In this document: one piece after another, positions 14,150-26,099 of the stretch
Layout: each line of letters opens with the position of its first letter
Position numbering within the stretch: position 1 is the first letter of the stretch
From: Eledone cirrhosa
Lineage: Eukaryota
DNA length: 64,000 nucleotides
Direction: 5' to 3'
NCBI GenBank assembly: GCA_964016885.1
Contig: OZ024743.1
Coordinates: 298,716,001 to 298,780,000, forward strand
Position numbers and translations under genes: made by a program
The notes under the pieces: generated by a model
Databases searched by the model: none
Seen by the model: the letters and a program-made list of their open reading frames with translations, nothing else
What the model was told of the DNA's origin: nothing

Positions 14150-14850
14150 TTTTTGATGAGGCAACATTTTATGTTTAAGAGAAAGGTAAAAAACAAAATG
14201 TGCGTATATGAGATTCGCAAAATTCACATTCAACATCAGCGTATATAATCGTATGGATGGACCACTCTTCTTGGATCAATTATCTGTGACTTCCACTACT
14301 TACTGAGACATGTTGCAGCATTTTGACTATCCTAAACTAGAAGAACTGCAACGAGATATCACTCTTTAGCAAGATCGTGCCCTGGCACATTGGGCATTGT
14401 GCGTATGTAATTCTATGAATGAAACATTCTCAACCAGGGTGACTGGCCATTGATTTCCAATTTATTGGCTGACTAGAATTTCTTATATCAGAACATGTAA
14501 TTTGTATCTTTGGGGCTGCATCAAAGACTTTGTATACAATGCACCGGTGACAGACATTGACGATTTAAAAACAAGAATCACAGTTGCTATTCAACGAATT
14601 AATACAGTGTACATATAAGTATTAGGAAATACTCGGGTTTTAGCAGGCTGCTCACAAATCGATTGGATGTTTTGCGAATCACTAGTGGTCACATATCAAA
14701 TGTTTGTAATACTGTAACTTGAATAAATATTGGTAATATTGTTACTTTAGAAAATACAGATTATAAAAATTCCTTTTCAATAATCCTACATGTGCCATCA
14801 TGAAATTCATTACACGATGAAGTTATTCAGATAACATTCGGTCAACCTAG
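14150..14850 (+). pseudogene. Tc1/mariner-superfamily transposase relic
   Basis: Degenerate LEELQRDI..QD.A.AHWALCV.NSMNETF and YLWGCIKDFVYNAPVTDIDDLKTRITVAI, typical of a DDE C-terminus. Confidence 0.7.
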
Positions 14851-14907
14851 TTACGTGCATTTATGTATACATATATGTTTGAAAGTGTGAGAGTAACAAC
14901 ATATTTG

Positions 14908-14987
<80 letters not shown>

Positions 14988-15117
14988 TTGCCGTCACGTA
15001 CGTGTATTGTTGTGTGCCACTGTTTTCAGGTATGCACCTGTGTGTACATTAATGTTCATTTTGCACAAGCACAACAGACACACACACTTGTATGTGCATG
15101 TGTGTGTGTGTGGGTGG

Positions 15118-15163
<46 letters not shown>

Positions 15164-15331
15164 ATGTATATATATATGGATGAAAAGAAATAGAAATATC
15201 CATTTTATGTAGGCTAATTCACGTTTATGTAAAGTGGATATGCGTAAAAAAAATGGAAGAGACAGCTTACCTGATTTCAACAAATCTTGCCTAGCTCTAC
15301 CTAGTATACAGTTAATATTATATATGTATAT

Positions 15332-15522
15332 GGCGGTGGATTGGCAGTATCGGTAGAGGGTTGGACGCCATGCTTTCACGCATAGAGTTACGGCCCTTGC
15401 CATTCTGAGTTCAAATCCTGCTGAGGTTAACTTTGCCTTTCATCCTTACGGGGTCGATAAAATAAAGTACCAGTGATGCACTGGGTAATTGATGGCCTTG
15501 TGCCAAAAAGTAACAAAAAATT
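15332..15522 (+). mobile_element. tRNA-derived SINE
   Basis: Same family as 10189 and 12853. Confidence 0.88.
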
Positions 15523-15547
15523 ATATATGTATATATATATATATATA

Positions 15548-17599
15548 TTGTTATACTTGGGGAGGGTCATATTTGCGTAATATTGCCAGAATTAATAACA
15601 GAACACACTCACTGTTTGGTTGGTTTTCGCTTTTCGCTTCTGTGTCTTTTATATCGGTAATCTAATTTATTCGGTCCTCAATGTTGCCATTGACTGACCG
15701 ACGGTCAAAAATAATACAGATACAATATAGACACAAACACATATATATAGTTTATCAAAGTTCTTTCGTTGCAACATCGTCAGTGGTGCTATTGTTTCCT
15801 CCCGTTACATTGTATGCCTACGCTTCTCTGATTTGCCTACCTGTTGGGTCATTTCTATGTTTAGATATTATTCTAATTTCTATGTTGTCTATGTTACCGT
15901 CGTGTTGTTATCTGGCATGTTCGTATAGTACTGACCCGTTTTTTCGTCCTTTTAGTTCCCCCCAGTGTTGGTCTATCCTTTCATCTATGCTACGAGCTGT
16001 CTCGCCTATGTATGTTGTTGTCATGTTTCTGCAAGTACCCTCTGTACATCTTATGCTATAGACTACGTTTCTAGTTTTACAGTTTATCCGGGGGTTTACC
16101 TTACATATGATACATTTCCTATTAGTACAGCGGGTTTTCTTAAAAGGGTAGGTTTTGCTGATCAGGGATTTTATGGTGGTTCCTGGCTTTTCTACTAACT
16201 TAATCTTTAAGTGGGTCTTTCTCAAGGCCTTTCTACACTGGTTAGCTAATTTCCCTCCAGGGGTAGCGTCCACAAACATGACAGTCTGGTATCTCTGGTT
16301 GTCGTACCATGAGGTGGCTTTCCCCATCTTATGTCTAGCCCTATCTAAGCTATTCCATGATTTTCTCCTGTATAATGGGCAAATTCCTTTCATGTCCAGT
16401 TCTATGAGGGTCTTATACTTCTCCATGGCTCCTTCGTATACTCTGATTCTGGTTGTAGCCAGAGAACTGCATGCGGTTGATGAAGTGTTGGATGTGTCTT
16501 TCCATTTCTGTTGGGTCGCACGTGCGGGACACATTCTTCATCACTCGTACCAAATCTTAAATTAGAATATTAAACTTAGCACTACTGGACATTGCTGAGC
16601 TTTTGAGTATCGGGTATTTGGAGGCCATGGGTTTAGCATAGTGTGAGTGGAGAATTTGGGCTCTCTCGTCTATAGTGTTAATCCAGAGTTCCGTATCTAA
16701 TACAGGTAGTCTATTGTTAGGGTGTTTGGAAGGGAAGTCGATAGTTACAGTTATACTCTGGTGTATGGAATTAGCTATCTGCTGGATGCTTTCCATTGTC
16801 CTACGTTCTAAATCAAACTTGTTAGTGCTCTCTAGTGGGGATGTTCTTATAACTATATTGATATCGTCTACGTAACGGGAGTATATGATGAGGTCTATGG
16901 AGCTCTCATTAAGGAGATCTTTAAGTCTCCTTTCCCACCATACCATGAAAAGGTTGGCAACATCACCAGCTATGCTGACGCCAATGGCTGCTCCCTCATT
17001 TTGGGTGTAGATCTTCTCGTTGAACTTGAATATGTGGCCCTTTAGGGTAGTTTTGATACTAGCCCCTATTGCATGTGCGACCATTTTTCTTACCTGATCA
17101 TTATTTTGGGGGGTCCGTATAGCTTTGGTCCACCCAATCCACCTTCCCATGGGAGTTCTTTTTGCCATTGAGGTTATGGTGGGGGGTCTACCTCTTATGG
17201 GTCTACTAGGGCAGACACGTCTAAGGTCATGGCTGTCTAGGTAGTCAGTGTCGTAGGTAAGTCTAAGTAGGAGGCCCAGTTCGTCTGTGTCGACGTCGCA
17301 GAACTCCACCTCACTCTCAATGATCATCTCCACACATTTTTCCACAGCAAAATCAATGTTAATGGATGGGTACAGTGATACCACATCCATGCTGCCTATT
17401 ATGCAGTTGGATAGGTTGCTGTTTTTGTTGCACTCACTGATTTTGCTGAGGAGGTCCACTGTACTGTCATATACATCTGGGGACATCTTGATTATGGGGC
17501 GTATAACTATCGAGAGGAAGTAGGAGATCCTGTAGTTGCTAGCTATATTAGCTCCGCATACGGGTCTTGTTGGTGGTCCTGTTGTCGGGTCGTCGACTT
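15548..17599 (-). mobile_element. Penelope-like element family 1, left arm (5'-truncated; RT + GIY-YIG + pLTR, internal deletion)
   Basis: RT motifs GSMDVVSLYPSI, GAAIG, RYVDD, LPVLD (16557-17486). GIY-YIG VVYSIRC...YIGETARS..ER..QH (15908-16534). 15548-15830 is the reverse complement of 19046-19322. Confidence 0.93.
15747..15792 (-). ncRNA. Minimal type I hammerhead-like motif, left-arm copy
   Basis: CUGACGA-U-GUUGCAAC-GAAA-GAAC-UU; differs from the right copy at the free N7 position. Confidence 0.5.
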
Positions 17600-17921
17600 T
17601 TCATGGTATGGTGGGAAAGGAGACTTAAAGATTTCCTTAATGAGAGCTCCATAGACCTCATCATGTACTCTCGTTACGTAGATGATATCAAAATAGTTAT
17701 AAGAACATCCCCACTAGAGAGCACTAACAAGTTTGATTTAGAACGTAGCACAATGGAAAGCATCCGGCAGATAGCTAATTCCATACACCAGAGTATAACT
17801 GTAACTATCGACTTCCCTTCCAAACACCCTAACAATAGACTACCTGTATTAGACACAGAACTCTGGATTAACACTATAGACGAAGAGAGCCCAAATTCTC
17901 CACTCACACTATGCTAAACCC

Positions 17922-18830
17922 ATGGCCTCCAAATACCTGATACTCAAAAACTCAGCAATGTCCAGTAGTGCTAAGTTTAATATTCTGATCGCAGATTTGG
18001 TACGAGTGATGAAGAATGTGTCCCGCATGTGCGACCCAACAGAAATGGAAAGACACACCCAACACTTCATCAACCGCATGAAGTTCTCTGGCTACAACCA
18101 AAGAGACAGAGTCAGAGTATACGAGAGAGCCATGGAAAAGTATAAGACCCTCATAGAACTGGACATGAAAGGAATTTGCCCATTATACAGGAGAAAATCA
18201 TGGAATAACTTAGATAGGGCTAGACATAAGATGGGGAAAGCCACCTCATGGTACGACAACCAGAGATACCAGACTGTCATGTTTGTGGACGCTACCCCTG
18301 GAGGGAAATTAGCTAACCAGTGTAGAAAGGCCTTGAGAAAGACCCACTTAAAGATTAAGGTAGTAGAAAAGCCAGGAACCACCATAAAATCCCTGATCAG
18401 CAAAACCTACCCTTTTAAGAAAACCCGCTGTACTAATAGGAAATGTATCATATGTAAGGTAAACCCCCGGATAAACTGTAAAACTAGAAACGTAGTCTAT
18501 AGCATAAGATGTACAGAGGGTACTTGCAGAAACATGACAACAACATACATAGGCGAGACAGCTCGTAGCATAGGTGAAAGGATAGACCAACACTGGGGGG
18601 AACTAAAAGGACGAAAAAACGTGTCAGTACTATACGAACATGCCAGACAACAACACAACGGTAACATAGACAACATAGAAATTAGAATATCTAAACATAG
18701 AAATGACCCAGCAGATTGTAAAATCAGAGAGGCCAGTGAAATAGAACTTAGAAGGCCAAGACTAAACAGAAAGAATGAATGGAATAACAACAACACCCAA
18801 ACAAACAACACTGACCTAAGAGAAGTATAA
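17922..18830 (+). pseudogene. PLE thumb + GIY-YIG endonuclease (C-terminal part of a truncated ORF)
   Basis: CTNRKCIIC linker; NVVYSIRC...YIGETARSIGERIDQH...EH...REASEIELRRPRLN. Confidence 0.9.
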
Positions 18831-19076
18831 ATAAATAATAAATAGATAGATAAATAAATAAATAAATACATACACAAGCACAATAACAACAAACACATGT
18901 AAACACACACTAGTCACCCAATCACGAACACACATCAAACAAAACACTATACACACACACGCAAACGCATGCGCAAAGAAGACAAAATAAAATAAACAAA
19001 CAAACAAATAAATAAATATATATATAGACAGACTAAATAAAAATGGCGTAGACATACAATGTAACGGGAGGAAACA

Positions 19077-19122
19077 ATAGCACCACTGATGATGTTGCAA
19101 CGAAAGAACTTTGATAAACTAT
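19077..19122 (+). ncRNA. Minimal type I hammerhead-like motif in the PLE1 pLTR
   Basis: CUGAUGA-U-GUUGCAAC-GAAA-GAAC-UU; stem I is weak or interrupted. Confidence 0.5.
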
Positions 19123-19762
19123 ATATATGTGTTTATGTCTATATTGTATCTGTATTATTTTTGACCGGTGTTCAGTAAATGGCAACATTGAGGACCGAAT
19201 AAATTAGATTACCGATATAAAAGACACAGAAGCGAAAAGCGAAAACCAACCAAACAGTGAGTGTGTTCTGTTATTAATTCTGGCAATATTACACAAATAT
19301 GACCCTCCCCAAGTATAACAATATTTGTTTCGACACACGATTTCATATAAAAAAACCTCGCAAAACTATATATATATATATACATATATATTCGTATATA
19401 CATTTGTATGTGTGTATGCGCGTATTCTTCCTGTTCCTTTGCCATTCTTTTCGAAATCAGCTGCTTTGTGTTGCAAGAAGATAAGTGTGGGGCCATTGAC
19501 GGCGTTTGTTTTCAGAAATGGATTTATTGAGAAACGAGCAACCACTTCTCATAGTAAATGATTTATGTTACTGCTACCGTCAGTACAGGATAGACATATA
19601 TATATATTCGCCTTCATCCACACACCCATACACAACACATACGCCCACGCATACATACTTACCTACCTACATATATACATACATGCACATGTTCATGTTT
19701 ACATATATATACATACATATATACATGCATAATTACATATATATACACATACATATATATAT

Positions 19763-19978
19763 AGCTTAGTGATAAGTGCATTCGATTCCCTAAGGGGCGT
19801 TCTGTTCCTGAGTAAGACATTATAATTCACGCTACTCCAGTCCACTCAACTGCCAAAAAGGAGTTATGCCTGTAATTTGAAGGGCTAGCCTTGTTACATT
19901 CTGCGTCCTATTGAATCTTCCTGCGAAATACCTTAAGGCGATTCAACTGGAACACTCGTCGCCGTAAACGACGAAGTG

Positions 19979-19980
<2 letters not shown>
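19763..19980 (+). mobile_element. Second SINE family (CORE-like), decayed
   Basis: TAGCTTAGTG..TTCGATTCCC head followed by CTGAGTAAGACA...CTCCAGTCCACTCAACT. Confidence 0.5.
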
Positions 19981-20044
<64 letters not shown>

Positions 20045-20049
<5 letters not shown>

Positions 20050-20526
20050 AGTAGTAAGAAGAGAGAGAAAGAAAGAAAAGCTTGTATTTACGTGAATTTA
20101 AAAATAATTAACAGTTTGTAGAAATATATATATATATATATATATATATTTCTACAAACTGTTAATTATCACGTAAATACAAGCTTTTCTTTCTTTCTCT
20201 CTCTTCTTACTACTCATATATATATCCTAATAATTATTTAAATCTACCTAGCGTCTAAAAATAACGTTTTTTTCAGCCCTATACCTCAACCTCATTTGCA
20301 TATTCACCTTAATAATTTAAAATATTTAACTTTTCCTCTATTTCCCCTCTATCCTTTTACTATAAAAAAAAACTTGAACCGTTAAGATCTCCTTCCTGGA
20401 TATGTCAATATTTATAAAACAAACTTTGTATTTTATCTGATGAGGGCGTGCCAAACTTTTGGTACCCTTGAAATATATATAATAGAATAAATATGGTTTT
20501 ATAAATATAGTTTCCATTTATTTAAT

Positions 20527-20530
<4 letters not shown>
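20045..20530 (+). mobile_element. Solo PLE-type pLTR fragment with a short inverted left arm, embedded in (TA)n
   Basis: 20045-20122 is the reverse complement of 20148-20220; contains a hammerhead motif; both ends abut (TA)n. Confidence 0.65.
20429..20489 (+). ncRNA. Type I hammerhead ribozyme
   Basis: Stem I UAUUUUAU/AUAGAAUA; CUGAUGA at 20437; stem II GGG(C)GUGCC/GGUACCC; GAAA at 20470; palindromic stem III UAUAUA; predicted cleavage after AUA at 20481. Confidence 0.78.
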
Positions 20531-20610
<80 letters not shown>

Positions 20611-20660
20611 TAAACATTTATCGTACTGCCTCTCTGTTCTGTCCCTGTTCAATTTTTCAT

Positions 20661-20745
<85 letters not shown>

Positions 20746-20806
20746 GTATATATATATATGTATATATATGTGTATATATATATATATGTATGTATATATA
20801 TGTATA

Positions 20807-20864
<58 letters not shown>

Positions 20865-20999
20865 GGATTGGTGCTCTGAAATAGTGATGTATACATGAAT
20901 ATATGTATTGTGGCAATCGCTCTGTATAATCAGTTCCTGATTATTACTGGACTTCTATAAGAATCCAGCATCTATAATTTTCAACAAACATCGGCAAGT

Positions 21000-21049
21000 G
21001 CTAAGATCTGATGATCACCAACAGTGTGAAACAGATCTGTCAGCTTATC
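21000..21049 (+). ncRNA. Type I hammerhead ribozyme (partly decayed)
   Basis: CUGAUGA at 21008; stem II CAC/GUG; GAAA at 21028; palindromic stem III ACAGAUCUGU; GUC cleavage triplet; stem I GCUAAGAU/AGCUUAUC with 2 mismatches. Confidence 0.7.
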
Positions 21050-21146
21050 TCCCTTTGTTTGTTGAAAAAAGAAGTAAGTGACATAGTCACTACTTTAAAA
21101 TAATAGCGCAAAATGTTTTTAATTAAGCATACAGTATATTGCCAAA

Positions 21147-21308
<162 letters not shown>

Positions 21309-23538
21309 TACACTCATATAAACAAAAACATTAGAACAACACACAACATTAGATTAACGCTTGATATAGTAAGAAAAGAATCCTAACGTTTCAGTCGTTA
21401 GTTCGTCATCGAAAGGTAGAAGAGAAAAGAGAAGGTTTTGGAAACAGAAGAAGTAATAGGAAGATAGACGAGAGTAGGAAAAGAAAGAAAAACAAGGAAT
21501 TGTATTGTTAGCCAGCTCTAATCACTTAAAATCCACCAAAAGTGAACATGAGTGTAGAGCATGCAAGCAGGGAGCAAAGAGGATACGATTGTTGACTGCA
21601 TCAGTGATTCCCATAAATCAACAGAAATACAGGGAAAAAACTCTGCTTTTGGCAACTCTAGCGTCTTAAAAATATCCAAAACATGCATTTTAGTGTTGTC
21701 TCTTCTTGGTCCGTATAGCGCGACAGCAAGCTATATGAGAATACTTTATCTGATTTAGGTCTAGGATGACTAGAAACTAACCAGAGCGATTTCCATTTCT
21801 AACTACGGAGATATGCATCTTGTGGTATAACCATATTGTCTACTTTTTACAGAGAGGCTAAATTTTATGTTATTAAAAAGGTTATCTTGTTATTTAAAAC
21901 TATCTTAAGTCGCTGTGTAGTGTCATATTGATTAATTGATCCATGTTTTCAATGCACGCACTCATGTGTAAACTATGCAGAACCAAATTTATTCTGTACA
22001 ATTTTCTATACAATATAAATAATTATAGGTCAATAATTCTTTTGAGAAAAGAAGATTATTCTTAGTAATTAACCAGATTGATTTCCTTTTCTTCGCCCAG
22101 GGAGAGCTAAAATTTATGGGGTTATCTGTTTATTTACTTTTTAGAGCAAGTCTAAATTTAATGTTAAAAAAAAGTGTCCTGACGTTTTCAAATTATTTAA
22201 AAAATGCTCCATAGTATATTATGAATTTCTTTAAGCAGATATCATCCGCTTCATAAAATGGGTAAAAAGACTTATTGAATATAAAATATGAAAAATGATT
22301 TTCGTAACATTCGCACTCTTAATATACAATAAATAATCTTTTCAGAAAAATAAACAACAACAAAAAAATGCTTTCAGGATGTAGCAGGAAAATAGATATT
22401 TATGGGAGAAATTTTTATCTTGAATGTGCCTCGGGAGCTAATTTTATGAGATCATTTCTAGTTTCTGAACCTATTATTTATTTGAGCGACACAACAGATC
22501 GTATATGTGAAAACTATAAATACCTCATAAAATCATACATTAAGTTCAAACTACCTGAAATTCTATGTACTGTGTTCTGTATAAATCTATAATGATTCTA
22601 TATGCGAAATTATAATTCTTCCATCTGGTGGGGAGACGGAGATGGTTGAATATCATATTCGATAATATCAACAACAGCAACTTCTAAAACTATAACATAT
22701 GATGACAAATATCGAGCCACTTGAAATGTTAGAAACACTCAAATCTACCTCCAATAACACACACTACCTTCTTCAAAAATATGGTTAATGTAGTCTGAGA
22801 TATATGAAAACAACCTCCATCACTACCACCACAAACACCACCACCACCACCACAAAAAACAACAAAAGCAACAATAACAACACCACCACCACAAACACCA
22901 ACATCAAGAGCAAAACAACATAAATTACTTGATTTTACCTCACATTCCCATGAAAAGTCTCGCTCATGTAATTCTAAAGCATTAGAATATTTAAACTATA
23001 TAATAATTATTTTTATTATGCCGCAACGAAAAATGATCGACACCACAAACAACAAACAGCAACACAACTAACACTAAATTACCACAACAACATTTACAGT
23101 TGTGAAATCTAGTATAACAAACAATAATATCATCAGCTTATTCCAGCTCATGCTTTAAAAAAACAAACAAAAAAAACAAAACAAAAAAAAACACACCATG
23201 TTATGTTTTGGAATTTTTGCTTTTCTTTTCGCTTTAGGAAAACGTCCAATTACATTTAATTTGTTCATTACAGGTTACAGGAGCACAAGAACACGGAAAA
23301 GTGTAATACACTAGAGACATGAATATAAAAGAATAAAAAACTAACAGAAATAGACAGGAAAGTCATAATATATATAAACACATGATAAAGTTATATTTAC
23401 ATATGTGCATATGAATATGTATATGTATTCACACACATATCATATATATATATATGTATGTATATATGTGTGTGTGTGGGTGTGTGTGTGTGTGAACGTA
23501 TATATGGATACATACATACGTATGTTTTATATACAGTT

Positions 23539-23638
<100 letters not shown>

Positions 23639-23735
23639 TATCTGTGTGTATGTGTGAGTGTGAGTGTTTGGGTATGACATTTTACACATATGTTTCTGTG
23701 CGCGCGAATGTATATACTTTCATGTATGTTTATGA

Positions 23736-23773
<38 letters not shown>

Positions 23774-24367
23774 ATGTCTGTTTGTATGTATATATGCATA
23801 CGTCAGCATGTGCGTGATTATTTTTGTTTTTGGCACATGATTTGAATTTTGCTTCGGTAAGCATTTTCGCTTTCATCTTTATTGGCGTCATAGTTCTCTT
23901 TCTATGGCTCATGTGCTCATGGTGATGATGATGATAGTCATCATCATCATTATAGTCATGGTCATCATCCTCACTATGAAGAGCAACACTATAAATCTCA
24001 GGACGGAAAGCACAACATATTCAGCAATATTACCATTACCACTGCCACAATAAAAATTATAGCCATTTCTCTTGTCTGATTCACACATACACACACACGC
24101 AGACACACACACATACACACACACATATACACCTGCACACACACACATACACCCATACATACACACACATAGACACTCATACACGCACCTACACATGCAC
24201 AAAGCGACATACGCTTACACTCACAAACACACAAAAATACACATAGTAACACACACTGACTCACTCGTACACGCATGTATGTATGTATGTATGTATGTAT
24301 GTATGTATGTATGTATGTATGTATGTATGTATGTATGTATGTATGTATGTATGCATGCATGTATGTA

Positions 24368-24539
24368 CAGGTAAAATTTCGTTATATCGAATAACGTTAT
24401 AATGAATTTTTCAGTATAACGACATCTTTTCAATCCCCGGCCACATATATGTGTTAGATCGATCTAATTATAAAGAATTTTTCGTTACAACGAATATTTT
24501 GTTATTCCCCGTGAATTCCGTTATAACGGAATTTCACTG
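24368..24539. mobile_element. Tigger/pogo-type MITE
   Basis: TIRs CAGGTAAAATTTCGTTATATCG / CGTTATAACGGAATTTCACTG, flanked by TA on both sides, inserted in (ATGT)n. Confidence 0.75.
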
Positions 24540-24554
24540 TATTTATGTATGTAG

Positions 24555-25485
24555 TACACAGAAATGCACCAACGCATTCAGAAGGCCTCTGTAATCTTCG
24601 GAAAACTTGAAAAGAGAATGTGAGTGGATCATAGCATCAATATAAAGAGACATATTATTGAGTACAAAGCCTGCATGCTGAGTGCTCTGCTGCACTCTTC
24701 AGAAAAGTTGACAGTGTATCGTAGACACCTTAATTTGCTTGAATACTTTAATTAAAAGTGTTTAAAACGAATCCTAAACATCAAATGGCAACACAAATAA
24801 CTGACACAAATCCTTATAGATGCTGGTTGCACTAGCATTGAATCTGCTATCAAATCCTCTCAAATGCGTTGGATAGGAAATGTGCGCATGAATGAGGAAC
24901 AACTCCCAAAACAACTATTATACAGTCAATTGTACACGGACAAACACCCTCAACACAAACCAAGAAAAAGATACAAAGATTGCATAAAAAACGACCTTAA
25001 GGATTTACAGTTTGAAGTTCAGAAGTGGGAAGTGGTTGCTTTAGAGAGGATTGAATGGCGAGGATATGTGAAGGTAGGCTGCAGAAGGTTTGAAGAGAAA
25101 CGTGTTGACCATGAACAATTTAAACGTCAGCTTCGAAAAAGCCACAGTATGAACCTCAATAGAGCACTGTATGCAGAACTATCCCTCCAATAGTAGGTGA
25201 GACAACATGCATGTAATGTGCAAACAAGTCTGCAAATAAATTTCTGGTCTTAAATGGCATAGGAGTGTACATAAGGATGACATCCCACAAACTGACCCAA
25301 TCAACCCATTAGAAGGCACACCTTTTGTCTGTTACATTTGCTGCAGACCGTGCAAATCTGCAGCTGGGCGTAAAAGCCCCCTAAGAGGCCATGAACGGTG
25401 ACGGTGGTTGGAGGTGCACAGGAAGACGGCAATCATCTGCAAAGATAAAGCAATCACAATGTATGTATGTTTGTATGTATGTGTG
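24555..25485 (+). mobile_element. RTE-clade LINE 3' fragment
   Basis: RIQKASVIFGKLEKR, KCLKRILNIKWQ, MRWIG..RM..EQLPKQLLYSQL...KPRKRYKD, degenerate C2H2-like fingers (CYICCRPCKSAAG), (ATGT)n tail. Confidence 0.85.
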
Positions 25486-25788
25486 TGTGATAATATATAA
25501 TGTGATACATATATATATAAATATCATATGAAAAAATACTCAATACAAATGCATGCTACGTGATGTTTCCAACTCTAACCACTAGAGGACAAAAGCATTT
25601 TATATCTCCTAATTTAGTTATCTAGGGTTTTGCCTGAAACTAACAAAACCAGCGGATATAGATTATTTATGTCCTATGTTGGTTTGAGTTTAAAATCTTA
25701 GGTTGCATGCATTTGTGTTGAGAACTTATTTATATAACATAATTAGCTCTGTATATTGTTCCTTGATCCATCCTTCGGAAACTCTTGG

Positions 25789-25869
<81 letters not shown>

Positions 25870-25872
25870 TAT

Positions 25873-25907
25873 ATACTACACTTTGATCTTAGCCAAAAGG
25901 CCGAGAA
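25873..25907 (-). pseudogene. U2 snRNA 5' fragment (35 nt)
   Basis: Reverse complement reads TTCTCGGCCTTTTGGCTAAGATCAAAGTGTAGTAT, matching U2 from about nt 6 through the GUAGUA branch-point recognition sequence. Confidence 0.9.
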
Positions 25908-25984
25908 TATATATAGAAAGTCAGGACCCCGACGGCTGAGATCCGACCGTTCCGACAGCTAGATTAGACAGATAGATCCGATCT

Positions 25985-26065
25985 TTTCCCACTCTACTAC
26001 CCTAAGTATTGAGTACTCTGGTACGTTATGGTCCACCTGGCATCTTACCACACCGTCTTTGTTAT

Positions 26066-26066
<1 letters not shown>
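25985..26066 (+). repeat. Unclassified dispersed repeat end, second copy at 47985-48063
   Basis: Shared CCCACTCTA.TACCCTAAGTATTGAGTACT.TGGT.CGTTATGGTCCACCTGG..CTTACCACA; both copies run into TA-rich repeats. Confidence 0.7.

Positions 26067-26097
<31 letters not shown>

Positions 26098-26099
<2 letters not shown>

Larger units (their letters stand above)
17597..19370 (+). mobile_element. Penelope-like element family 1, right arm (5'-truncated; RT C-half, thumb, Cys linker, GIY-YIG, 3' pLTR)
   Basis: ORFs 17598-17917 and 17922-18830 (one-base insertion near 17885); ends in (TA)n at about 19370. Confidence 0.93.

Noticed and set aside
21380-21420. Minus-strand GAAACGUUAGG hammerhead-like half
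   Set aside because: CUGANGA box degenerate (UCGAUGA) and stem II does not pair convincingly.
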